From Gemmatimonadales bacterium (GTDB lineage: Bacteria > Gemmatimonadota > Gemmatimonadetes > Gemmatimonadales > GWC2-71-9): DNA of 64,000 nucleotides. The notes under the pieces are model-generated. The model did no database searches and was not told the origin of the DNA. It saw only the letters and a program-made list of their open reading frames with translations. Position numbers and translations under genes: made by a program. The stretch lies in the NCBI GenBank assembly GCA_039794085.1, contig JBDIWC010000001.1:32001-96000 (forward strand), read 5' to 3'. Every line of letters begins with the position of its first letter. Within the stretch, counting starts at the first letter, position 1. Shown piece by piece: positions 1-9,713 of this stretch.

Positions 1-1920
1 GGAGCGGATCTCGGCCTGGATCCGCTCGAGGAACCGGTCCACCGGGATCACCTCCTGCTTGGCCCCGGCGCCGCGGGCCCGAAGCGCAAGGGTGCCCGCG
101 TCGGCCTCGCGCTGCCCGATGATGGCCATGTAGGGCACCTTCTGCATCTCGGCCTCCCGGATCCGGTAGTTCAGGGTGTCGCTCCCGGCGTCGAGGCGCG
201 CGCGAATCCCCGCCGCGGTGAGCCGTGCGGTGACGGTGCGGGCCGCGTCGGCCTGGGCGTCGCTGATCGGGAGGACCCGGACCTGTTCGGGGGCGAGCCA
301 CACGGGGAACGCACCGGCGAAATGTTCGATCAGGGTGCCGATGAACCGCTCCAGGGTCCCGTAGATGGCGCGATGAATCATCACCGGCCGATGGGGCTGG
401 TTGTCGGCGCCGGTGTACTCGAGCTCAAAGCGCTCGGGAAGCTGGAAATCGAGCTGGATCGTCGGTCCCTGCCAGAGGCGGCCGATCGCATCCTGGAACT
501 TGATGTCGATCTTGGGCCCGTAGAAGGCTCCTCCCCCCGCGTCGATCCGGAACGGGATTCCCTTGGCGGTCAGAACCTGCTGCAGCATCGCCTCGGCCCG
601 GTCCCAGGTCGCGTCGTCCCCGAGGCGCTCCTCCGGCCGGGTGGACACCTCGAAATCGAGCACGAAGCCGAACGCCGAGCGCACCAGGCGATCGACCTGA
701 TCGAGGCAGAGCCCGATCTCCTGCTCGATCTGATCGAAGGTGCAGAAGATGTGGGCGTCGTCCATGCAGAGTCCCCGCACCCGCAGCAACCCGTGCAGCA
801 CTCCGGACCGTTCGTTCCGGTAGACGTTGGCCACCTCGGACACCCGGACCGGGAGATCGCGGTAGCTGCGCGTGCGGTTCCGGTAGATGAGGCAGTGCAT
901 CGGGCAGTTCATCGGCTTGACGCGATACCGCACCTCCTCGCTCTCCTCGTGCCCTGCCCCCATGGCGGGATACTGGTTCGCGGCATAGAGCGGGAGATGG
1001 CCGGAGATCCGGAACAGCTCCTCGCGGGTCACGTTCGGGGTGTAGACCAGGTCGTATCCCGAGGCGAGGTTGTCATCCTCGACCGCGCGCGACAGCACCC
1101 ATTTGATGAGGGCCCCCTTGGGATGCCAGAACACGAGCCCCGGGCCGACGATCTCCTGGATCGAGAACAGATCGAGCTGCTTGCCGAGGACCCGGTGGTC
1201 CCGCTTCTTCGCCTCCTCGAGCCGGTGGAGGTGCTCGGCGAGATCCTCCTTGCGGAAGAAGGCGGTGCCGTAGATGCGTTGCAGCATCTGCCGTTTTTCG
1301 TCTCCCCGCCAGTAGGCGCCCGCGCTGGTGAGCAGGCGGAAGTGACGGAGACGGCCGGTGCTCGGAATGTGGGGCCCCCGGCAGAGATCGACGAAGGGCC
1401 CGTCGGTGTAGAGGGAGATGGTCTCGTCGTCGCCCAGTTCCGTGATGCGCTCGAGCTTGAGCGCGTCGTCCGCAAAACGGCGGTTGGCGGTGTCCCGGTC
1501 CACCTCCTCCCGCACGAAGGGGTGGTCCGCCGCCACCACGGCGTGCATCGCCTCCTCGATCCGCTCGAGATCCTCGGGCGTGAAGGGCCGGGGCACCTCG
1601 AAGTCGTAGTAGAAGCCCTCGTCGATGGCGGGGCCGAACCCGATTCCGGCCTCGGGAAAGAGGGACCGCACCGCCGTGGCCAGCACGTGGGCCGCGGAGT
1701 GCCGGAGCACCGGGAGCGCGTCGGCATCGCGCTCGGTCAGGATGGCAACCGACACCCCGTCCCTCAGCGGACGGCTCAGATCCTGCACCGCTCCATTGAC
1801 CCGCATCGCCAGGGCGGCCCGGGCCAGTCCCGGTCCGATGGCGGTCGCGAGATCGTGTCCCGTGGCGCCGTCCGGCAGCTCGCGCACGCTCCCATCCGGG
1901 AGGGTCACGTGAACGCTCAT
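1..1920 (-). CDS. thrS: Threonine--tRNA ligase (3' end runs just off the window start)
   Basis: Manual minus-strand translation from ATG at 1920: MSVHVTLPDGSVRELPDG (TGS domain), DLCRGPH, KPMNCPMHC, RYERSGVLHGLLRVR, HRAIYGTLERF. Absent from the ORF track because there is no stop inside the window. Confidence 0.97.
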   Translation of the reverse strand, partial: MSVHVTLPDGSVRELPDGATGHDLATAIGPGLARAALAMRVNGAVQDLSRPLRDGVSVAILTERDADALPVLRHSAAHVLATAVRSLFPEAGIGFGPAIDEGFYYDFEVPRPFTPEDLERIEEAMHAVVAADHPFVREEVDRDTANRRFADDALKLERITELGDDETISLYTDGPFVDLCRGPHIPSTGRLRHFRLLTSAGAYWRGDEKRQMLQRIYGTAFFRKEDLAEHLHRLEEAKKRDHRVLGKQLDLFSIQEIVGPGLVFWHPKGALIKWVLSRAVEDDNLASGYDLVYTPNVTREELFRISGHLPLYAANQYPAMGAGHEESEEVRYRVKPMNCPMHCLIYRNRTRSYRDLPVRVSEVANVYRNERSGVLHGLLRVRGLCMDDAHIFCTFDQIEQEIGLCLDQVDRLVRSAFGFVLDFEVSTRPEERLGDDATWDRAEAMLQQVLTAKGIPFRIDAGGGAFYGPKIDIKFQDAIGRLWQGPTIQLDFQLPERFELEYTGADNQPHRPVMIHRAIYGTLERFIGTLIEHFAGAFPVWLAPEQVRVLPISDAQADAARTVTARLTAAGIRARLDAGSDTLNYRIREAEMQKVPYMAIIGQREADAGTLALRARGAGAKQEVIPVDRFLERIQAEIRS

Positions 1921-2075
1921 TCGGCACCCCCCTCGGAGACGATGGCCACCACCGGCTCGGCGCGGGTAAGGTGAACAAAATAGAGACCCAGGCCGGTCAG
2001 AACGAGGACCGCGAACAGCAGCCAGCGCCAGATCGGGAACGAGGTCGGGGATACGAGAGGAGTCGTCATGTCCAT
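1917..2075 (-). CDS. Small putative single-pass membrane protein (50-52 aa)
   Basis: MDMTTPLVSPTSFPIWRWLLFAVLVLTGLGLYFVHLTRAEPVVAIVSEGGAE*. Has a hydrophobic helix, and its TGA overlaps the thrS ATG (ATGA). Alternative start at 2069. Confidence 0.65.
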   Translation of the reverse strand: MDMTTPLVSPTSFPIWRWLLFAVLVLTGLGLYFVHLTRAEPVVAIVSEGGAE

Positions 2076-2137
2076 CCGGAGAATACGAGAAGACGGTGCG
2101 CGTGCGAAGCGCTGTGCTGCGGTATTAACTTAATGCG

Positions 2138-2575
2138 ATGCGCACGATCCGTGACGAACGCCGCCGGCACCGTCCCCGCGACCCCCTTCTCCTCAAGGCC
2201 ACGATCGGCCTGGGTCTCGGTTTTCTCGGGGGATTCTTCCTGGGGGAACTCCTCGGGCAGGTCACCGGGGAGCGCGTCCGTCGTCTGGCGCGGGCAGGCC
2301 GCGCCCGGTCGGGGTCCACTCCCGATCCGATCCGGGCGATCCGCGAGGTTCTCGGGTCGGACCCCGTGCTCGGAGCCGCGGACCTGGAGGTCCGCCGGGT
2401 CGGATCCCGGGGGGTGGAGATCCATGGCTGGGTCGATCGCCGTCAGGATCGGGCCCGGCTGCATCGTCTGGCCACGGGCGCCGCACCGGACCGGACCGTG
2501 GTCAACGCCGTGCGGGTGCATGGCGAGGATGATATCGAGCCCCCCACCCTCACGACCTCCTCGCAGCCGGCGTGA
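2138..2575 (+). CDS. BON domain protein with N-terminal membrane anchor
   Basis: GLGLGFLGGFFLG anchor, then a BON-like pattern (IREVLGSDPVL...VEIHGWV...VVNAVRV). Stop overlaps the valS start. Confidence 0.75.
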   Translation: MRTIRDERRRHRPRDPLLLKATIGLGLGFLGGFFLGELLGQVTGERVRRLARAGRARSGSTPDPIRAIREVLGSDPVLGAADLEVRRVGSRGVEIHGWVDRRQDRARLHRLATGAAPDRTVVNAVRVHGEDDIEPPTLTTSSQPA

Positions 2576-5256
2576 CCGCCCCCCTCGATCCCGCCTACGA
2601 TCCTCGCGGCCTGGAGACCTCCCTCTACCGCCAGTGGGAGGCCCAGGGCGCATTTCAACCCTCCGGCCGGGGCGATCCCTACGTCATCGCCATGCCGCCG
2701 CCCAATGTGACGGCCCACCTTCACATGGGGCATGGGCTCAACCACGCCATCCAGGATGCCCTCATCCGCTGCGCCCGCATGCGGGGACGGGACACCCTCT
2801 GGCTTCCCGGAACCGACCACGCCGGCATCGCCACCCAGAACGTTGTTGAGCGCCAGCTTGCCGCGGAAGGGACCAGCCGGTTCGATCTCGGGCGCGAGGC
2901 CTTCGAGGCGCGGGTTCGAGCCTATGTCGGGGCCACCGAGGCCACCATCCTGGGGCAGCTCCGCGCGGTCGGAGCCAGTGCCGACTGGACCCGGACCTAT
3001 TTCACCCTCGAGGACCGGATGTCCCGGGCGGTGCGCGAGGTCTTTGTCCGTCTGCACGAGAAGGGGCTCATCTATCGCGGGAAGTACATCATCAACTGGT
3101 GCCCCCGATGCCTCACGGCCCTGTCCAACGAGGAGGCGGAAAAGGAGGAGGTCCGGGGATCGATCTGGCGCCTGCGGTATCCGCTGGCCGACGGGAGCGG
3201 ATTCCTGGTGGTGGCCACCACCCGCCCGGAGACGATGCTCGGCGACACCGGCGTCGCGGTCCATCCCGAGGATGAGCGCTACGCGGCGATGGTGGGCCGG
3301 GAGGTCCGTCTCCCCCTCACCGGCCGAGTGGTGCCGGTGGTGGCCGATGCCGCCATCGACCGGGAGTTCGGCACCGGGGTGGTGAAGATGACCCCGGCCC
3401 ACGATCCTCTCGACTTCGAGATCGCCGGACGCCACGGGCTTCCCGCGCTCGATATCCTGACCCCCGAGGCCCGGCTCACCGACGACGTCCCGGAGCCGTT
3501 CCGCGGGCTCGACCGGTTCGCGGCCCGGACCGCGGTCATCGCCGCGCTGGAAGCGGAGGGACTCGTGGAGAAGGTGGAGCCGCACACCCATGCGGTGGGG
3601 CACTGTTACCGCTGCCACACCATCGTGGAGCCGCGGCTCTCGGATCAATGGTTCGTCCGGATGGCCCCCCTGGCCGCTCCGGCCCTCCAGGCCCACCGGT
3701 CGGGCCGGCTCCGGTTCGTGCCCGCCCGGCGTGGCGACGAGTATGCCCAGTGGATGGAAGGGATCCGGGACTGGTGCATCTCCCGCCAGCTCTGGTGGGG
3801 TCACCGGATTCCGGTGTTCTACTGCGAAAACCCGGAGTGCGGACGCCCCAACGTCTCCCGAACCGACCTGACCCACTGTCCCTCCTGCCAGGGGCCGGTG
3901 CGGCAGGACGAGGATGTGCTCGACACCTGGTTCTCCTCCTGGCTGGTTCCCTTCAGCGGACTGGGGTGGCCCGACTCCACGCCCGATCTGGCACGCTACT
4001 ATCCGGGTCATGTCCTGGTCACCGCGCCCGAGATTCTCTTCTTCTGGGTGGCGCGCATGGTGATGGCGGGCCTCGAATTCATGGGCGACCTCCCCTTCAC
4101 CACCGTCTACCTCCACGGCACGGTGCGGGACACCCAGCACCGGAAGATGTCCAAGTCCCTGGGCAACGGAATCGATCCGCTCGACGTCGTGGATCAGTAC
4201 GGGGCGGATGCCCTTCGCTTCACCGTGCTCTCGGGGACCGCGGTGGGCACCGACCTCATCCTCGATCCCGGTGATCTCGAGGCGTCCTTCGCGGCCGGCC
4301 GGAACTTCGCCAACAAGCTCTGGAACCTCGGCCGGTTCCTGCTGGGCCATCTCGACGGTCCGGTGCGTCCCCTGGCCGGGTCCGACCCCGCGGTGATCCG
4401 TCGGGATGAGCTGCGACTCGCGGATCGATGGATCATCGCCCGGTGTGACGAGATGGTGCGGGAGGTGACGGTCGCCTTCGACCGGTTCCGGCTCAACGAT
4501 GCCGCCGCCGCCGTCTACCGGTTCGTCTGGAGCGATCTGGCCGACTGGTACATCGAGCAGATCAAGCCCCGGCTGCACGGTGATCTGCCGGGTGGCGATG
4601 TGGCCCGCGCGGTGGCGACCCGGACCTTCGACGTGGCCCTTCGGCTGCTGCATCCGGTGATGCCGTTCATCACGGAGACGCTCTGGACCCGCCTGCCGGG
4701 ACACCCCCCGGGGGCATCGATCATCCGGGCCCCCTGGCCCTGTCCCGATGAACGGGCCCTCGATTCCGAGGCCCAGGAGCACTTTCGCCTGGTGCAGGAG
4801 GCGGTGGGGGCCATCCGCGCGATCCGGGCGGAGTATGGGGTGCAGCCGGGTCAGCAGGTGCGGGCCGTCATCGCCAGCAGCCACCCCCGCTCCCGGGACG
4901 TGCTGAGCCGGGAACAGGACACCATCAGGCGACTCGCCCGGGTGTCCGAGCTCCAGGTGGGCCCCGACGCTCCCGAGGCCGGTGGGGCCGGGACGGCTGT
5001 CCTCTCCGACGGATCGGCGATCCTCGTTCCTCTCGGGGATCTCATCGACCTGAAGCGGGAGTGCGCCCGGCTCCGTTCCGAAATCGAACGCATCGAGGAG
5101 CTCGTGGCCCGCCAGGAACAGAAACTCGGCAACACCGCCTTTGTCACCCGGGCCCCGGCGGACGTGGTGACGCGGGAGCGGGAGAAGCTCGCTTCGTGGC
5201 AGGAGCAGGTCTCCGTTTTGCGGGACAAGCGGGAGCGACTCGCCTGCCCCGATTGA
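2572..5256 (+). CDS. valS: Valine--tRNA ligase
   Basis: PPPNVT..LHMGH, DHAGIATQ, DWCISRQLWWGH, KMSKS and a C-terminal coiled arm; 894 aa. Confidence 0.98.
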   Translation: MTAPLDPAYDPRGLETSLYRQWEAQGAFQPSGRGDPYVIAMPPPNVTAHLHMGHGLNHAIQDALIRCARMRGRDTLWLPGTDHAGIATQNVVERQLAAEGTSRFDLGREAFEARVRAYVGATEATILGQLRAVGASADWTRTYFTLEDRMSRAVREVFVRLHEKGLIYRGKYIINWCPRCLTALSNEEAEKEEVRGSIWRLRYPLADGSGFLVVATTRPETMLGDTGVAVHPEDERYAAMVGREVRLPLTGRVVPVVADAAIDREFGTGVVKMTPAHDPLDFEIAGRHGLPALDILTPEARLTDDVPEPFRGLDRFAARTAVIAALEAEGLVEKVEPHTHAVGHCYRCHTIVEPRLSDQWFVRMAPLAAPALQAHRSGRLRFVPARRGDEYAQWMEGIRDWCISRQLWWGHRIPVFYCENPECGRPNVSRTDLTHCPSCQGPVRQDEDVLDTWFSSWLVPFSGLGWPDSTPDLARYYPGHVLVTAPEILFFWVARMVMAGLEFMGDLPFTTVYLHGTVRDTQHRKMSKSLGNGIDPLDVVDQYGADALRFTVLSGTAVGTDLILDPGDLEASFAAGRNFANKLWNLGRFLLGHLDGPVRPLAGSDPAVIRRDELRLADRWIIARCDEMVREVTVAFDRFRLNDAAAAVYRFVWSDLADWYIEQIKPRLHGDLPGGDVARAVATRTFDVALRLLHPVMPFITETLWTRLPGHPPGASIIRAPWPCPDERALDSEAQEHFRLVQEAVGAIRAIRAEYGVQPGQQVRAVIASSHPRSRDVLSREQDTIRRLARVSELQVGPDAPEAGGAGTAVLSDGSAILVPLGDLIDLKRECARLRSEIERIEELVARQEQKLGNTAFVTRAPADVVTREREKLASWQEQVSVLRDKRERLACPD

Positions 5257-6500
5257 CCGGCGCGATCCTCGCCACCCTCTTCCTGGCCGGGTGCGCGCGC
5301 ATCGAGCCCCCTCCCGGCGGCCCGCCGGATTTCACCGCGCCCCTTCTCCTCGCCACCCGTCCCGACTCGATGGTGGTCGAGGCCGACTTCGAAGGGGAGG
5401 TCGAATTTCAGTTCGACGAGACCGTCTCGGAAGGATCGAGTCCCAATTTCGGACTCGGGACCGGAGACCTCGAGAAGCTGATCCTCCTCTCGCCGGTTCG
5501 GGAGAGGGATGAGGTGCCGCGGGTACGCTGGCGCCGGAGCCGGATCACCGTCAAGCCCCGCGACGGATGGCGACCCGAAACCACCTACCGGATCGAGCTG
5601 CTGGCCGGAGTGAACGACCTCCGCAACAACCGGTCCCGTCAGCCGGCGGTCGTGACCTTCACGACGGGAGGCGAAACCCCGGGGACCATCTTCCAGGGAA
5701 CCGTGATCAACTGGACCACCTCCCGGCCGGTACCCCAGGCCCTGGTCGAGGCCATGCTGCTCCCCGATTCACTGATCTACCGGGGTTTGGCCGATTCCGT
5801 CGGCGACTTCACCCTCGGTCCTCTTCCGGGTGGTACCTGGCTGGTCCGGGGCGTCATCGACGAAAACCGGAACCGGCGGTTCGATGGCCGGGAACTCTTC
5901 GACACGGTCCGGACGGAAACCGCAACGGGCGCGGGCCAAGTGGAAGACCTCGGGGAGCTCTGGGCCTTTCGTCACGACTCGCTCGGCCCCATTCTACAAA
6001 CGGTCACCATGCGGGACACCCTGTCGATCCTCCTCACGTTTTCCCAATTGCTCGCCCCCGAGCAGGAGATTCCGCTCGACTCGGTGCTGGTGCAGCAGGT
6101 GAGCGACTCGACCCTCCTGGCCGTCGAGGCCATTCTCTCCCCGAGCCGGTACGACAGCCTGTACCGTCTCCCTGTCACTCCCGCGCCCCCCGACTCGGCC
6201 GCCGCCGCGGACACCGCGGGCCCGATCCCGCTCCGGGCCCCCCAGCCCCGTCCCCCGTCACCACTTGATCCCCGGACCAGCCGGCCCCGGCTCGACGACA
6301 AGCTGGTGCTCCGCCTCACCACCCGGCTGCAACCAGGCGAGAGGTACATCGTGGACATCGGCGGCGTCCGCAATCCCAACGGCGCATCGGGACGCGGGCG
6401 CGCGGCGCTGGTCATGCCCGCCACCGCTCCGGTGGACACCACCGGCGCCCGCCCCGACTCCCTTGCCGCCCGGCCCGACTCCGGCGGGACACGACGGTGA
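5253..6500 (+). CDS. Ig-like (Big_5-type) domain lipoprotein
   Basis: Probable TTG start overlapping the valS stop; lipobox LAGC followed by ARIEPPPGGPPD; beta-rich segments such as VNDLRNN..FTTG. Confidence 0.75.
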   Translation: MTGAILATLFLAGCARIEPPPGGPPDFTAPLLLATRPDSMVVEADFEGEVEFQFDETVSEGSSPNFGLGTGDLEKLILLSPVRERDEVPRVRWRRSRITVKPRDGWRPETTYRIELLAGVNDLRNNRSRQPAVVTFTTGGETPGTIFQGTVINWTTSRPVPQALVEAMLLPDSLIYRGLADSVGDFTLGPLPGGTWLVRGVIDENRNRRFDGRELFDTVRTETATGAGQVEDLGELWAFRHDSLGPILQTVTMRDTLSILLTFSQLLAPEQEIPLDSVLVQQVSDSTLLAVEAILSPSRYDSLYRLPVTPAPPDSAAAADTAGPIPLRAPQPRPPSPLDPRTSRPRLDDKLVLRLTTRLQPGERYIVDIGGVRNPNGASGRGRAALVMPATAPVDTTGARPDSLAARPDSGGTRR

Positions 6501-7855
6501 GCGACTCCCGCCGCCAGCTCCCCTCCGTGGATCGGATCCTGCAGGAGGCCTCCGAGCACCCCCGCTTACGCACGGCACCACGTCCGCATCTGGTGAGGGA
6601 GATCAGGGCGCTCCTGTCCGACCTCCGCGCGCGGCGGAGTCCCTTCCCCGAGGACTGGGCGGACACCGTGGCCGATCGGATGGAAACCGAACGGCGTCCT
6701 TCGCTCCACGCCGTGATCAACGCCACGGGGGTGGTGCTGCACACCAACCTGGGCCGTGCTCCCCTGGCGGAGGAGGCCGTCGCCGCCCTGGTTGAGGTGG
6801 CCCGGAGCTACAGCACGCTGGAGTACGATGTAGCCACCGGTACCCGGGGCAGCCGTCACGACCATGCCGCCCCCGTTCTGGCCCGATTGACCGGAGGTGA
6901 GGAGGCGCTGATCGTCAACAACGCCGCCGGTGCCCTGGTGCTTGCTCTGAACGAGGTGGCCGCAGGACGTGAGGTGATCATCTCGCGGGGGGAACTCATC
7001 GAGATCGGAGGGGCGTTCCGGATTCCGGACATTCTGGAGCGCAGTGGAGCACGGCTTCGGGAGGTCGGCACCACAAACCGCACCCATCTCGAAGACTACG
7101 CGCAGGCCATCGGCCCGGACACCGGGGCCCTGCTGATCGTGCACCGTTCCAACTTTGCCCAGACCGGATTCACGGCCACGCCGTCCCCCACCGACCTGGC
7201 CGCCCTCGGACGAGCGCACGGTTTTCCCGTGCTGTATGATGTGGGCAGCGGACTCCTCGCCGACCTGACCGAGTTCGGGATCCGGGATGAACCGCGAATC
7301 CAGGATGCCATCCGAACGGGGGTCGATCTCGTTCTCTTCAGTGGGGACAAGCTGCTCGGCGGCCCGCAGGCCGGATGTCTCGCCGGACGACGCGACCTGA
7401 TCCGCAACGCCCGCCGCAATCCCCTGGCCCGGGCCCTGCGGGCGGACAAGTTCACCCTGGCTGCCCTGGAGGCGACCCTGGCTCTCTACCGCGATCCCGA
7501 TACCGCCCTCTCCCGGGTTCCGGTCCTGCGCATGCTGACCCGGTCCCCGGCCAGCCTGCGCGCAGCCGCCCTGCACCTCCGGGATCTGACTCCCCCGGAA
7601 TTCCACCCGATTCTGACGGAAGGTACCTCGGCGGTGGGGGGAGGAGCCCTTCCCGACCAGGACCTTCCCACCACGCTGCTCTCTCTGGATCCCGGGCCTC
7701 TGGGCGCGGACGGCCTCGCTCTCCGGCTTCGATTGGGAGATCCCTGCCTCGTCACCCGGGTCGGCTCGGGCCGGGTTCTCCTCGATCCCCGGACCCTCGA
7801 CGAGACCGATCCCGCCCTGGTGGCCCGGGCCTTGCTGACAGCATCACAATCATGA
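6497..7855 (+). CDS. selA: L-seryl-tRNA(Sec) selenium transferase
   Basis: VINATGVVLHTNLGRAPL, SRGELIEIGG.FRIP, EVGTTNRT and FSGDKLLGGPQAG (PLP lysine). Confidence 0.95.
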   Translation: MSDSRRQLPSVDRILQEASEHPRLRTAPRPHLVREIRALLSDLRARRSPFPEDWADTVADRMETERRPSLHAVINATGVVLHTNLGRAPLAEEAVAALVEVARSYSTLEYDVATGTRGSRHDHAAPVLARLTGGEEALIVNNAAGALVLALNEVAAGREVIISRGELIEIGGAFRIPDILERSGARLREVGTTNRTHLEDYAQAIGPDTGALLIVHRSNFAQTGFTATPSPTDLAALGRAHGFPVLYDVGSGLLADLTEFGIRDEPRIQDAIRTGVDLVLFSGDKLLGGPQAGCLAGRRDLIRNARRNPLARALRADKFTLAALEATLALYRDPDTALSRVPVLRMLTRSPASLRAAALHLRDLTPPEFHPILTEGTSAVGGGALPDQDLPTTLLSLDPGPLGADGLALRLRLGDPCLVTRVGSGRVLLDPRTLDETDPALVARALLTASQS

Positions 7856-8418
7856 CCTCTCTCACTCCTGCTGTGTTCCTCGACCGCGACAACACCGTGC
7901 TCCGGGACCCGGGTTTCATGAGAGACCCCGATCGGGTCGCCCTCATGCCGGGCGCGGGGGCGGCGATTCGCCGGCTCAACGAGGCCGGTCTTCCCGTGAT
8001 CATCGTCACCAACCAGAGCGGAATGGCTCGCGGAATCGTGACCCCCGCGGAATACGCCGCCGTGACGGACCGGATGCATGCCCTCCTGGCCCGGGACAAC
8101 GCGACGCTCACCGGGGTGTACCACTGCCCGCATCTCCCCGAATTGAGCGGAGAGTGCGAATGCCGGAAGCCGGGAACGCTTCTCTACCGGCACGCGGCCC
8201 GGGAGCACCATCTCGACCTCGAGCGGAGCTGGTACGTGGGAGACCGGCTCACCGACGTGCTCGCCGCCACGACCCTGGGAGGACACGGCATTCTGCTCGC
8301 CAGCGGGACCATCGCCGATGACGATGCCCGGGATCGCGGGTACGCCGTGGTGGACGATCTGGCCGGTGTCGCGGCACGCGTGCTGGCGGAGAGCGCCCGG
8401 TCCGTCTCCCTGATCTGA
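7852..8418 (+). CDS. gmhB: HAD-IIIA hydrolase, D-glycero-D-manno-heptose-1,7-bisphosphate phosphatase-like
   Basis: AVFLDRDNT, IVTNQSG, CPH...CECRKP and VGDRLTD. ATG at 7852 overlaps the selA stop. Confidence 0.85.
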   Translation: MTSLTPAVFLDRDNTVLRDPGFMRDPDRVALMPGAGAAIRRLNEAGLPVIIVTNQSGMARGIVTPAEYAAVTDRMHALLARDNATLTGVYHCPHLPELSGECECRKPGTLLYRHAAREHHLDLERSWYVGDRLTDVLAATTLGGHGILLASGTIADDDARDRGYAVVDDLAGVAARVLAESARSVSLI

Positions 8419-8427
8419 AAAAAGAAC

Positions 8428-8745
8428 GGCTCCTCAGGCTTCGGCATGGGTCCATGTTCAGCCGGAGCGCCTCTCCTCACCCGGGGAGCCAACCACAAAA
8501 AGCACAAAGGGCACAAACCTGCAACCTGAGCACCGGGGCCTCACCTCCCCCCCGGAAGAAACCACGGATGACACCCGATGACGCAGAGGGAAGTGAGTTC
8601 TGCCCAGACTGCTCCCAAGTCGAGTCAGCGTGGGGGGCGACTCACCCTCCGCGGGATCTCGTGTTTCTTGTGCCTTTGTGCCTCTTGTGGCCATTCCCCC
8701 GCCCGCCGGGCCGCCGGAGCCCCTCGGCTCACTCCAAAATCCACC
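8428..8745 (+). repeat. Palindromic dispersed element, copy 1 (lacks one inner arm)
   Basis: Collinear with the reverse complement of 22142-22521 over its whole length. Outer inverted arms at 8493-8517 and 8668-8690; single inner arm at 8561-8587. Confidence 0.9.
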
Positions 8746-9019
8746 CCCAAGAAGGCCGAAGAGCCCCGGGAAATGGTTGGTTGAAGTTCCCCTCACCCAC
8801 CCTCACCCACACAAAACCCGGATGAGCCAAAAGAACGAGTCCATCGCGGGCGTATGAGCGCGAACGGGTCCGAAACAGAGAGAAATGGAACGGGCGATTC
8901 GCAAGAGAGGGTTCCGGTTCCACCGCGCGCTTTGCGGGGAGACCGACCCGAGCCGGGATGGTGGGGCCCGTTCGTTAGTTGTGTGGTGCCCGTGGTGCCG
9001 GGAGCGGGGTCTGAAGCGA

Positions 9020-9622
9020 TCAGCGCCGCTCGGCGAGGGTCTGAATCCGCCGAAAGTGCCTTTCATCGTGAACGGTCAGCACGGCGAAGCAGTCTCCCAG
9101 ATTCAATCGGACAAGTCGTGACGCGGGAGACGTGACTCGCGTACGATCCCAATCCACCGATTCCGCATCGCCCATCAGTCGCTCGGTGGACTCGAGCGCG
9201 GTGAGATAGCGTTCGAGAACGGTGGGAACCACGCTCTGATCCACCCGGAAGGCCTTCGGTGCCGGCAACCGCCGGGCCCCTTGCAGTGCGTGGACCATCA
9301 GTCCTCCCATCCAGGTCGATCGCCAGGGCGTGTCACCGTGACCGGGAGGTGGGGCCCGACTCAGGACCCGTCGCACCCGATCCGCGTAGAGCTGATGAGT
9401 CACCACGAGATGTTGCAGGACCTGATTCACAGACCATCCCCCGTCGGACGGACTCGTCTCTCGCCGACTCGCACTCAGGGTGTCCCGGTAGGAGATGGCC
9501 TGCTCCCGCAGGGCGTCGATGGCCTCGTGCAGTGCGACATGGAGTGCCTCCTGCGGCACGGGATGCACCAGCCGCTGGCGGAAGAAACCAATTTCGGGAA
9601 GGGGGGGCGGACGAGGGGACAT
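9020..9622 (-). CDS. DinB family protein
   Basis: GGWSVNQVLQHL near the N-terminus and LTVHDERHFRRI at the C-terminus, the His pattern of the DinB/YfiT fold. Confidence 0.8.
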   Translation of the reverse strand: MSPRPPPLPEIGFFRQRLVHPVPQEALHVALHEAIDALREQAISYRDTLSASRRETSPSDGGWSVNQVLQHLVVTHQLYADRVRRVLSRAPPPGHGDTPWRSTWMGGLMVHALQGARRLPAPKAFRVDQSVVPTVLERYLTALESTERLMGDAESVDWDRTRVTSPASRLVRLNLGDCFAVLTVHDERHFRRIQTLAERR

Positions 9623-9713
9623 GGTGAGGGGAAAGATAAAGACAAGGACGGAGGATGCAGGACAGAGGACATAGCTCCCCTCGGTGCCCCCGCTCGGTTA
9701 CGTTTCTCCCCCT

